NCBI GenBank assembly: GCA_028534125.1 | Contig: CM052832.1 | Location: 16,928,001 to 16,992,000, forward strand | Direction: 5' to 3' | DNA length: 64,000 nt | From: Lama glama | Lineage: Eukaryota | Shown: positions 48,151-59,722 of the stretch, one piece after another | Layout: each line of letters begins with the position of its first letter | Position numbering within the stretch: position 1 is the first letter of the stretch | The notes under the pieces: model-generated | The model's input: only the letters and a program-made list of their open reading frames with translations | Databases searched by the model: none | What the model was told of the DNA's origin: nothing | Translations under genes and position numbers: made by a program

Positions 48151-48899
48151 TGGAAATTCTATTTCTAAAATATTTTCTGGGCAGTCTTTGGAATAACACA
48201 GTATCATTCCACTTCTTATAAAAATGTAAAAGAGAAGATACCTAAGTTGTCTTTTACATTACATACGTATAGTTCATCAAGTTTCTTTGGACATACGTGG
48301 CATAATGTTAATGGAACAAAAGTATAGTTTTTAAAAAAATGTTTAGAGTGTCAAGCACTGGCTCTGAAGTGTTTAATGTGAACTGCAGCTGGCTTCACAT
48401 GTCACATCAGGTAGAAATGTACTTTGCAGTCTTTTAGTGTATTTACCAAACAGGAACCTCACCCAGTTTGTAGAACTGATACTCCATCTATTCAATGCCC
48501 CCCACCCCCCAAATCAACACTTATAATCAACTGTGTTTCATGATATTTAAAATCATTTGTAAGATTAACAGTGTAAGAGCCAAATAAATATTAATTCATC
48601 TTCTCTTCATAATCCCCCTCCGTGGTGGGTAACTATTCTTACAGTTCTCACTAATAATACTGAGGCACAGTGTGTTGCCAACAGCAACACTTTAAGAGAG
48701 GAAGACAACTGAATTAGTTTTTGCCACAGCTCTGCAAACTAACAAAGCTAAAAATCAGCAACAAAGAAAAAATAGTACAACGTCAAAAAAAATTCACTGT
48801 GTAGATTCCCCTCCTCCCAGACTGTCACTCCTGCCAGCTTCAAAATTATTAGGAGAGTACCTTTCTGCGTAAGCAGAATACGCTGTTCAGACTGTGGGA

Positions 48900-51200
48900 A
48901 AATCTACAGGTCCGGCGCCCCTTCTGCTGAACATCTAGGGTTTTTTGCAGGGGCACTGCTCCAAGTCTGGACTCTGGGAGGGCAAGCAAGGTCTGGAGTC
49001 CCAACCACCAACAGAGGGCGCAATCAGTGCTCTCCAGAAGACAACAGGTCGGATTTTCGGAAGCGCCGGGAAGCAATGCCTAAGAGGACCATGAGCCACT
49101 TGCAGGGGAGGTATCTGGCACTGGGGAAGCCTCTGGAAGCCCACAGTTGACAATTAGCTGGCCTCACTGGGGGCGCTTAAGGCCCGATTCCCCCCCTTTT
49201 TTTTCTTGGCACCCCCTTGCTTTGCTTGTCTAGACTGCCAAAGCCTTGAGCCTTGAGTTGCAAACGCACCTATTCCCTTACCCCACTGTGATCTAGGTTT
49301 CCAATGCCAAGGCCACTGTTCTTCACTTCTCATCTCCTTCCCCTGTTCTAGAGGATCTCAAATTCGCCTTTACCCTCTCCTATCCTCCTAGAGCGGTCTT
49401 TTCTGCTCCGGAACAGGCTGGGTCAGGAGCTGCGGGCCAGTCTGCGGCAGCCGGCCCCAGGGTGCCAAACAGCTGCCTGTACCGCTCTGCACTCACCGCC
49501 TCCCGCGACGCAGCTTAGGGACTTTTGAGTTACAGTTCCCGTCGGGTGTGATTCTCCACTCGTGAACAGTGAGTGTAGCAGGTGCGAGGCACACTAATTG
49601 GAGGCCTGGGGGCTGGGATTCCCCGGGAAGGGGTCACTTTTTTCCAAGAGGAGGAGGGGAGACCCAGTTTTATGGGGAGGCACTGGATGGAAACCCAGGA
49701 AGTCAATTTAATCCGGGCACAATCTCCCTTGGGACCATTTAATAGGTAAGCTGTACTCAGTAGGGCAAAGCAAAAATGAATTTGATTTTTTCTTCGTGTA
49801 ACTATTTTCGAAGTCTTCCTTGCCTGGGCACAGAGCGGTCTGCCCACACATTGTTCGTCCAGGGCAATAAAGCCTCCCGGGCTCAGCTCTTCCGCGGAGC
49901 GGCCAGAACTCACTGAGGACCCACGGATGGTCAGATACGGAATAAAACTGCGCCTCCAAGTCTCCAACTGGGCGCCGGCGTTTCTGTCCCGTCGCCCAGC
50001 CACCCTCTGTGGAGTCGAGGAAGGCTTCCCATTCCTTCCTGGAACCCAGTCCTGGTCCCAAATTTCCCCATTCTTCACGTCTAATCTCACCTGCCACCCA
50101 CCCCCACCCCCGTTTTTTGACTACCGTTCGAAGGACGGCCCCTATTTAAGAGTCACAGCCAGGAGGTGGCAGAGGAAGGGTGGAAGGGGTCGGGCTCCTA
50201 CTGGGTGAACTAAACTTTTTTTTTCTCTTCTGAACCAAGCTTTGCGGAATCTAAGTTTAATGTGTGCGGTCCGTTCTGATCACAGTTGTCGAGGGTACTT
50301 ATTTTCCATGGCTGGGGACAAGCCCCAGCTCTGAGATCCCGCCCACAGCCTGGACACGGACCGCCTCCCCGTCACCTCCACCCCCACCTCCACCACCCCC
50401 GCCCCTCGGTGATGGCATCCCCCTCAGGTGAAAGGGGCCTGGACAGAAGCGGCAGAATCCCAGTCCTTTCAAGTTCACTGTTTTGAAAAGCCGGGAGCCG
50501 GGGCCTGTGGCCAGAGGCCCTCCCTCTTGCCTCCTCCGCCGTTACAGCGCTGACATTCCCAGGGAATTTGGGTGAGCGCTCTCAAAGAGGAGAGTGGTTC
50601 TCCAACTCGTTGAATGTAGATTGGGTCCCACAGCACCAGATTGGGCCAGCTCCACCCGAAGCTATACGGGGAAGGTCGAGCGCGTCGCTAAGCACCGAGG
50701 GCCCCACCCGATGATCGCATCCCGTCTCGGGCCAACCCCTTCCTTTCGGCTGGGCTTCCGCGGGCCCCAAGTGCCTCGGCTCTGCCAGTCCGCCTTTGTC
50801 AGTCTGGTCTGGCTGAGTTTCAAGGCTTCCCGGATTGGTTAGCCCGGATTTAGAGCCGTAATTGAATATCTCGGGGCCCAAGGCCAGGGTTGCTCACGCT
50901 GCAGCCTCGCTCCACTGTGGAGAGAAGGAGCGTGAGCCCTGTTTCCTGAGCCCGGGGCCAGACATTCGCTGGGAGACCCCTGGGATCCCGAATCAGCCGG
51001 AGTCTCGCCCGCTCTTTCCCTACTGCTGGCCGCGGAAACCAAGCAGACAGCTTTAAAATATTTGAGGTTTTAGTTTGTGGATGGCTGCAGTTATTCACTG
51101 TGACTTGATAAACCCAGAGGTTTCTCCTTGTTCAGGCGCGGGTAAGTTGGAAGAGTATTTATAACAACAGCCCTTTTTCTGTCGCACTCCAGTTCCTCCC
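48900..51200. promoter_or_regulatory. Intergenic CpG-rich promoter/enhancer-like region
   Basis: About 2.3 kb of GC/CpG-rich, apparently unique sequence between AT-rich L1 blocks. Contains kB motif GGGATTCCCC 49615-49624, EBF-type TCCCTTGGGA 49725-49734, ETS GGAA motifs and TATA-like TATTTAA 50143-50149. Confidence 0.55.
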
Positions 51201-51695
51201 TCTGGGCTAATCAGCAAAGGTCAGGGTGGGTGGTGCCCTCCGAAGAGTCTGGGCTGGATTGTCAGGAGCTGCTGGACCAAAAGTTCTGCCACGTGGGAGA
51301 CAGAAGTGCCCACGTTGAATCTGAACCTGGTACTGTGGATCCTGGTGTCTGGAGTAAGGAAGGAGAAAGTCGAGGTCCAGAGATTAGGAGAAGAAGGCTC
51401 GTGATGAAAACCTGACTGGGCTCAGCCCTCAGCACTCAGGATCTGGTTTCCCAGATCCCACGTCTTCCTCTTTTTTGGTATATGCTCTCTTATTCTTGGA
51501 GCACATTCCTCTACTTCTCAAAAAGGAGTTCACAGGAAAATTTTAGATGACCTCGTGTCTTTTTTTAAAACTATTTTACAGGGATGGAATTGGGAGACAT
51601 GGTCATCCCTCCCCCACTCTGGAACAACTGGGTCATAGGAAGATCTCCATCAAGGAACACAGATGCCCTTCTCCTGATGCATAAAGAGTCTGAAT

Positions 51696-51839
51696 GGGGG
51701 GGGGGAGGGCAGCGGAGGGTATAGTTCAGTTGTAGAGTGCATGCCTAGCATGCATGAGGTCCTGGGTTCAATCCCCAGTACCTCCATTAAACAAACAAAT
51801 AAACAGACAAACCTAATTACACACCCTCCTCCATGCCCG
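51696..51839 (+). mobile_element. tRNA-Ala-derived SINE (camelid Vic-1-like) with 12-bp TSD
   Basis: GGAGGGTATAGTTCAGTTGTAGAG...GGTTCAATCCCCAGTACCTCCATTAAA...CCTAATTAC, flanked by direct repeat AAGAGTCTGAAT at 51684-51695 and 51840-51851. Confidence 0.9.
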
Positions 51840-52805
51840 AAGAGTCTGAATAATTCCTACCCTGATTTCCCAAGGAGACAGCAGAATAATATATGAGCCT
51901 AAGTTTTAAGTGTTCTCCCTTATAGATTTACAGCCCAAGTTCACACTACTAGGGTGTTCTGAATATTATCACACCATGAATTCAGGATAAAGAAGGCCAC
52001 ACTCCAAGAAATCTGGTGAAAGCAAACACAAATCCTCTCTGGAGGAATCTACTCTCATCCATGCTTTGAAAATTCAAAAAAATAATTTCATAAGCAAAAT
52101 GAATACTTAACACTAAAAAAAAACTATGTTCACAAGAGACAAGGAACAGTGAAAGAACAAGCAGGAAAAACAAATAGCAGAATCCTATAATTCAGAAATT
52201 AGAGTAATAAAAATAAGTTATAAAATGGCTTATACCTACTATGAATAACAAATCAAATTTAAAATATTTTCAGTTGATAAGAAATTGTAAGAATATCCAA
52301 AATAATAGAAAGTAAGTATAAATAACATTTTATAAATAAAAGTATACAATTAAAATCTCAATGGATTTTTCTAAAAACACAATTTGACACAAACAGATCA
52401 TTACTAAAGGAAGCTCTGAAGAATGTACATCAGGCAAAAGGAAAGCTTGCAGGAGGAGGGTACGAGTTTAAAGTAAAAAACCCCAAGAAATAAGGGTAAA
52501 TGTGTGCATAAAATTGAATGAAGATTAACTATGGAAAAAATTAAAATGTCAGGTGGGGTTAAAAAGGATAATATGGGAGGGGATAAGCAAAGTTAATTGA
52601 CATCTGAACTTTTTTAATCTCTTTATTCCACAATAATATTGGATTTCTTTTATTTATATTCTGATAAAACATTTAAAAATGAACTTCTCACTCATTATGT
52701 TGTCTATTTTTGTTTTGTTCTGTACATTTCAGTATAGGGCATAAGAGAATATTTTATGGATCTTTTGGTATTTTTACAGCTTACTGCTGGATTGTTCAGT
52801 AACTC

Positions 52806-53305
52806 NNNNNNNNNNNNNNNNNNNNNNNNNNNNNNNNNNNNNNNNNNNNNNNNNNNNNNNNNNNNNNNNNNNNNNNNNNNNNNNNNNNNNNNNNNNNNNN
52901 NNNNNNNNNNNNNNNNNNNNNNNNNNNNNNNNNNNNNNNNNNNNNNNNNNNNNNNNNNNNNNNNNNNNNNNNNNNNNNNNNNNNNNNNNNNNNNNNNNNN
53001 NNNNNNNNNNNNNNNNNNNNNNNNNNNNNNNNNNNNNNNNNNNNNNNNNNNNNNNNNNNNNNNNNNNNNNNNNNNNNNNNNNNNNNNNNNNNNNNNNNNN
53101 NNNNNNNNNNNNNNNNNNNNNNNNNNNNNNNNNNNNNNNNNNNNNNNNNNNNNNNNNNNNNNNNNNNNNNNNNNNNNNNNNNNNNNNNNNNNNNNNNNNN
53201 NNNNNNNNNNNNNNNNNNNNNNNNNNNNNNNNNNNNNNNNNNNNNNNNNNNNNNNNNNNNNNNNNNNNNNNNNNNNNNNNNNNNNNNNNNNNNNNNNNNN
53301 NNNNN
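52806..53305. other. Assembly gap (500 N)
   Basis: Exactly 500 N. Confidence 0.99.
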
Positions 53306-53784
53306 TGGTCATGAAGTTGTGATTTTAAGCACAGTCATTAATCAAGATCTCAAATTCTGAATCTCCCCCACTTCCAATAGTTCATTAATCGTGATGCCAC
53401 TGTAATACAAGAGTCTGGACAGAAAAGGAAGTGAATCATACAGGCAGTAAGACAACTGAGCCTCTTTTCTGCCAGGCAGCCTACCTATAGTGAGCCTGTA
53501 GTGTAACAGCACTTAGGCCAAAGTGAGCACTTCAAGAAGGATGACTGTACTCTGCAGAAAGCCCTAGAGAGTTTGAGAGAAATGAAGCAGGAAAGTTACA
53601 TTTGAAACTAGAGGTCACTGTTGACCCTTGAGAATTGGTAAGAGAGTTGTAACGAGCAAAGGTGCAGAAGCAGACAGAATTATGGTATGAGCAGAGGAAA
53701 GTGAGGAGATTGGTCTGGCAGGAGCATATTCTTAAAGTAGGAGGTAGTCTGCAAGGAGCCCAGGAATTTACCCTCTCTGGACAG

Positions 53785-54600
53785 CAGAAGACACACAAAA
53801 GCCAATAAGTACATGAAAAGATGTTCAACATCATCAGCCATCAGAGAAACATAAATCAAACCCTAACGTGATACCACTCCCCACCCACTGAAAGGGCTAT
53901 TATAAAAAAGATAATAGCAAGTGTTGGTGAGAATGTGGAGAAATTGGAACACTGCTGGTGGGAATGTAAAATGGTACAGCCCCTTTGGAAAACAGGCTAG
54001 CAGTCCCTCAGAAGGTTAAATATGAAGTTACCATATGATCAAGCAATCCCTCTCCTAGGTATATACCTAGAAGTAAAAACACATGTCCACACAAGAACAT
54101 TATACCCAAATGTTTATAACAGCATTATTATTCATAGTAGCAAAAAAATGGAAACAACCCAAATGTTTATCAAATAATAAATGAATAAACAAAATGTAGT
54201 ATGTCTATATAATGGAATATTATTCAGTCAAAAAAGAAAGAAAAGAAATGAAATAGTAATCATGCTACAAAAAGGATGAAACTTGAAAACATATTCCTAA
54301 GTAAAAGAGGCCAGAACCCAAAGGCCACATATTCCATGATTTAATAATATAAAGTACCCAGAATAGGAAATCTGTAGAAATAAAAGATAGGTTGGTAGTT
54401 ACCTAAGACTGAGGTCTTTGGGGGAAATGGAGAGTGACTGCTTAAGGGTATGGGGTTTCTTTTGGGAGGGTGATCAAGTATTCTAGAGTTGATTGTGGTA
54501 ACGGTGGCACAACTCTGTGAATATGTAAAAACCACTGAATTGTATACTTTGTGTGAATTGTCGGATAGGTGAATTACATCTGAAGTTGTTAAAAATGATT
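53785..54600 (+). mobile_element. Old L1 (ORF2 end + 3' UTR)
   Basis: gatgttcaacatcatcagccatcagagaaa; ctggtgggaatgtaaaatggtacagcc; ggaaacaacccaaatg; gtaaaaaccactgaattgtatacttt. Confidence 0.8.
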
Positions 54601-55472
54601 GTTATAAGTAAAATTTGTGGGGTTTTTTTTCTAAAATAAAAGCTATAAGAGAAAAACACCCAGTATAGGTGTTTATGTTTGCATGAAAATGGAGAAATTG
54701 AAAATATAGGGAGTAGGCTGATAATATTAATTACCTCAATAAAGTGGGAGTGGGTTTAGTGGTGGAAGAGATTTAAAAATATATTTATACAAATTTGATT
54801 GTTTTATTTCCTAGTGTGAGTATACATCATTTTTACAGTAAAATCTAAAAAATAAAGTTAATAAACTTGAAAGCATGCCCCAGAAACTCTGCAGCTAAAT
54901 AAAAACAGTAACAAATAAACAAACAATGAAGAGGTATCTGGAATTTCTTCTTGGAGAATTGGCTTACTTGTGCGCAAGCCAGGAAGAGTACAATGACAAG
55001 AATCAAAGCAGGACTACGGTGTTGGAAGAGAAGGAAAAACTCAAACATGGAGACACAAGAGAGGATAAAGATGACAAATCCAAGAACTGAATACAAATCC
55101 TGTAAAAAGCTCTTTCAATCAGGAATTGGCTGGGGTCAACGTGAGGGGGAAATTACAGACCAGAGCCCAAGAGAACCAGACACTGCGGAAAAGGGGCGGA
55201 ATCAAATGAGGTGTCTGATGATTTCTTTTTTAATTCCTCCATTGCCCCAGCAAGATCACTGCCTAATTTATACCTATCACATATTAAGAAATTAGCACCA
55301 TTTAGAGACTTTGAGATAATAGGAGCAAAATTTTTCAGTTCTTCTTGTATCAGTGCAGGCTTTTTCAGAAAAAAACAGAACCACTCTGGTATTCCAGGAA
55401 TAAAAAATTTAACATAGGAATAACAGTTTATACCACTGTTGAAAATCTGGGGAGCAAACATCAGTGAAGTCA

Positions 55473-55954
55473 TGTGGGAGGCAAGATGATGGTCTCTCAA
55501 AGAAGCCCAAGTCCTAATCCCTGGAACAGGTGAAAATGTCACCTGATATGGCAAAAAGGACTTTTTGGCTCTTGAGATGGGAATATTATTATGGATTATC
55601 CAGGAAGGTCCAATGTAAACATAGGGTTCTTTATAAGTGAAAAAGGAAGGCAGGAGGGTCAGAGTTAGAGAATGAGATTTGTCGACAGAGTCAGAGGTCA
55701 CAGTGACTGGACTGCTGACTTGGAAGACAGAGGAAGGGGCCACGAGCCAAGTCTCTCTAGAGACTGGAGAAGACAAGGAAACAGATTCCCCTCTAGAGAT
55801 TGCAGAAGGAACACAGCCTTGCTGACATCTTAATTTCAGTCTAGTGAAACCTATTTCAAAGTATGACATTCAGAACTGTAAGATAATAAATTTATGCTGT
55901 TTTACCCACTAATTTTGTGGTAATTTGCTGTGGCAGACATAGGAAAATGATACC
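55473..55954 (+). mobile_element. MLT1 (MLT1D-like) MaLR solo LTR with 5-bp TSD
   Basis: Starts TGTGGGAGGCAAGATGATGG and contains gtcctaatccctggaac and cagaactgtaagataataaatttatgctgtttt. TSD AGTCA at 55468-55472 and 55955-55959. Confidence 0.85.
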
Positions 55955-57103
55955 AGTCACCACCAAAATTCTGAGAGGCTGAAATTGGAAGTTCAGGGAA
56001 GCAAAATGCTGGAGACCTCAGCCCGTAACACTCATGGGTGGTTCTCAAAAGCTTTCTGGGAGACTTCTGCAATTCTCTAGAACCTGTGAGGAAACCCACA
56101 TCCCATGTCTCATTCTGCATAGGCAAAGCAGGTGGGCCTCAAGCCTAGCACAGCAGCTGCTGAGAATTTCACATCTGCCTGCTCATCTGTGATCCTGATA
56201 ATAGGATCTCTTCTAGACTCCATATCTCATGCAAGTCTCTCCTACTGGAAAACTTGAACTGGAACTATACAGGGGAGGGGATTCTGGGAGATATATTTCC
56301 TGGGTTCTCTTCTGCAGAGGGCCTGCTAGAAGAGGGGCTGAAAAGTTGTGTTGTGTCCTTCAAACCCTAGGGGCTCATCTGAGGGGCAAACAAATCTTTT
56401 CTCTTATAGGTCTTGAGGTCAGAAGTTCCAAGTTAGTTTCAGTGGACTAAAGTCAAAGTGTCAGCTGGGTGTTTCCTTCTGGAGGCTCTAGGGAAGAACC
56501 CATTCCCTTACCTTCTACAATTAAAATGCTTTAAAGATGTATCCTACATAATGATAGCTTTTGCTTTGTTGGTATTCAGACTGTACTCAATTTGGGGCTA
56601 TGTTTTCTAGAAATTATTGGGTGGGCCACTGAAGATTTTAAGTAGGGCGAAGACCAAACTGCATTCTGTTTCAAAAGAATCAATACAAGCAAATTCTGTT
56701 ATTAAATCTTTGGGGGAGAGCAAGACTGGAAGCAAATAAATGTGTTAGAAGAATCTGGCAGAAATATCAGTGACAGATAATGACGATTTCAGCAAGGACA
56801 GTGGCCACACTCTGCCTTTGGCATCCCAGACAAAGGTAGAGGCCGGAGATGAAGCAGCCACAAAGGGTGGGAGGGAAGGCTGGAACCAGAGACCCGGGCA
56901 GCGCAAAGTAGAAGCCCGCGCTGTCAGAGGACTCTAGGTGAAAGGGACATGGATCTCCTTGGTTGGGGCACTGCTGTGCAAACCGAGTTTGAGCGCTAAG
57001 TATTCATGGACTTTGGAATGAGCGAGGGCAGATGAGGGGAGCTGGGCGAGGCATGGACGCAGACTAAGCAGAGAACAAGAGCGGCAACTCAGTCTGGGCG
57101 GAG

Positions 57104-57122
57104 CGGCCACAAGGTGGCGCCA
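57104..57122 (+). promoter_or_regulatory. Candidate CTCF site
   Basis: CGGCCACAAGGTGGCGCCA is a near-consensus core within a locally CpG-retaining patch. Confidence 0.7.
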
Positions 57123-57909
57123 AAGGAACGGACTCGGCGGAGGGAAGCTAACATCTGTGACCCACACAGCAGCAGAGGAACTTCAGGGAAGACACTTTTC
57201 GCTTTCCCGACTGTGTTAGGTTTCTTGTGAACTATTTGCTAGTACTGAAACCCATCATCTTTTCTTATTCCTCCTGGCTCTTTCTCCAATTTGACCGTTT
57301 CCTTCATACTGAGGAAAAATCCTCTTATTGAGATGTTACAAATCTCCAATAACGGCCGATAAGAACAGGGAAGTCTGCCCCTTGAGTCTCCCCTGACTTC
57401 TCACTAACTCACAGCGCCTCACTCTTTCCAGACACAACGAGAAGCTCAAAGGACCAAATCGAATTGCTTCTTCCCTACACCTCTGGGAAGCAAAAGGCAC
57501 ATCAAGCTTGGGGAAGTCATCTGAGTTGGGAGAACCGAGAAACCTGCAAGACAGAAGGGTCCCAAATCGGTGTGTGTGGCGGGGATGGGTGGGCTCTGTG
57601 AAGCAAAGAGCCTGATTAACAGGGAGAGACCAGCGAAGCTTCCAGGTGGGAGTTAGCGCAGGACCTCCCAGCGCCGCGGATAAGGTCCTCAGGGTAACTG
57701 CACCCTAGACTGAAGGAAGATCAACCCTGCGGTTTAGGTGACCTTGGAGAGCTTGCAAGTTTAAGAGGCTTGGTTGTACAACACCCACCTTCTCTAAATA
57801 TAAATTCAGATGTTAACAGCAATTCATGTTCAACCTCAATTTAAAATTCATTTATTATCCATGTATGGAAAACGACACGCTCAGAACAGTTTCATTTATG
57901 AGCAGCATA

Positions 57910-58195
57910 TAGACTCCTTCCTGGGTATCCGCGGAGGACTGGATCCAGGGCACCCCTGCATACCTAAATCCGTGGATGCTCAGATGCCTTATATAAATGG
58001 CATAGTATTTGCATACAACTTTTGTACAACCTTCCATATACTTTAAATCATCTGTAGGTTACTTATAGCAGCTAATACAATGTGTAAATGCTATGTAAAT
58101 AGCTGTAAATACAGTGTAAGTGTTACGGAAATAATTGCCAGTGGGCAGAAAATTCAAGATTTGCTTTTTGGAATTCTGAAAAAAAATTTTTTTTT
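57910..58195 (+). mobile_element. MER2-family (Tigger) DNA transposon fragment
   Basis: ggtatccgcggaggactggatccagg...ccgtggatgctcag...ttatataaatggcatagtatttgcata. Confidence 0.75.
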
Positions 58196-58259
58196 TAATT
58201 GGGAAAACCAAACACTGGGACTGGAATGAAGCCAGACAAGCCTGGGCACCTCCTGTTGG

Positions 58260-58660
58260 GGATGGTCAACTTTGAGGGTCCCAGCACAATTGCTGAGGAC
58301 CGCGGCAACCACGGAAGAGCGGCCAGACGTCGGAGGCGGGTAGACGGAAAGGTGGGGAGGTGCGGTGGTGCGGAAGGGCGCGTCGGATTCCGATTGCCGC
58401 TCGGGTAGAGTGTAGGGTCGCGGGTTGGAGGGACACGCGGTCAAAGCTCCTGTGGCGATATGGGAACGGCACCTTTGGGGGATTCGCCTGCCACTACTCG
58501 ACCCTGGCGGGTTTGGTGGGTAGCCTCGGAGAAGGGCAGTTCTTCCAAAGAAGAAAGAGGAAGGGAGCAGGAAGAGAGAGAGGAGGGAGAAGTGGAGGAG
58601 GAGGGGTGGCTTCTTTCCGGCGGTCTATTTTAGCAGCCTGATTGCTTTTCTCCGCTACTG
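58260..58660. promoter_or_regulatory. Small CpG-rich island-like patch
   Basis: Dense CpGs (e.g. GACGTCGGAGGCGGG, GCGCGTCGG, GTCGCGGG) with no recognisable coding sequence. Confidence 0.45.
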
Positions 58661-59506
58661 CATCCCTCTCTAGTGTTTACTATGAACTGAGGCTCCCTTT
58701 GCCTTCTTTCGTAGATCAGTAAGTTCCATTTGCTCTCCATATTGCTAATATTTGCTGAAAATTTCCATCATTGGGACTCATCCATTTTCATTACAGCTAT
58801 GGGTTCAGTTCAGTTGTATCCCCTTACAACGTTTTAATATTATCTTAGGAGAGAAGGAAGATGAGTTTTTGCTCCTGGAAGGCTGGGTGTCTTGAATCCA
58901 GAGCCTCCTCTCATTGTCTTTAACAGGAATGTATTTAGGGGATGATCTTTGCACAGCAAAAAGAGAACTAGCCTTCCCAAGTCAGATGAATTGGGTGAAG
59001 AGTCTCAACTGGCCCTCTGTCAAGTCCAGGGATCTTGGAGCTTCTGTAAATGATCAACGCCTTTAATCTGCATATGTATAAAATAGATGTAACTGTGTTA
59101 CTGTCCACACTGGTGTTTTAGGAAGGTATGGTGTGATACAAGTGAGAGCTTTATAAATAATAACCTTTTCTTCATCTCACTACTCATTGCTAACAGTTTC
59201 TGTTTCCTAGGACTCTCAAAACTGAATTCATGGCTTTGATAGTCACTTATGGAACAAACAGCACATACCAGGTGATGTTCAAGTGTTGAGAAAAAATATG
59301 CATAAGGCATTAAACACAATTACAAAATGGAGAGAAAAGAAAGTCCTCACTCTCGCGGGGCTCACACTTTTAAAGAGGAAACAAATAATAAACAAATCGG
59401 ACCTTGTAGTGTGCGGAGGGTGATCACACAGATGTGTGTGGGTGTTGTAGGTGTTCCGGAGGAAGCCTGCCTGGAGCGTCAGGCTCTGAGGAAGGATCTG
59501 TGCAGA

Positions 59507-59722
59507 TAGGGGTTCTTGATCTCAGCATGGCAGATATTCTGGGCCCGATGATACTTTGTTGTGGAGACTGCCCTGTGAATTGTAGGATGGTTAGTATCCT
59601 ACTTGGCCTCTACCCACGGGATACCAGTGACACCACCACCTCCTCAATTGTGACAACCCCAAAATATGACCAGACGTTGCCATGTCCCTGTGGTGGTGGA
59701 GGGGCATTGGAGAACCACCAGC
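59507..59722. mobile_element. MER20 hAT-Charlie element
   Basis: ctttgttgtggagactgccctgtgaattgtaggatggttag...tggcctctacccac...tgtgacaaccccaaaatatgaccagacgttgcca. Confidence 0.75.

Noticed and set aside
49600..49720. Relic MHC class I promoter
   Set aside because: Only the kB decamer matches. No SXY module, CCAAT/TATA spacing or leader exon follows. Kept only as a motif within the orphan island.
41069..50558. 15-mer ACAGCGCTGACATTC occurring at 41069 and 50544
   Set aside because: A couple of 15-mer coincidences are expected by chance in 64 kb, and the flanks are unrelated.
55153..55869. 238-aa minus-strand ORF
   Set aside because: Lies largely within the antisense of an MLT1 LTR and has no recognisable domain.
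57665..57690. REST/NRSE-like site CCCAGCGCCGCGGATAAGG
   Set aside because: Too many mismatches at core positions of both half-sites.
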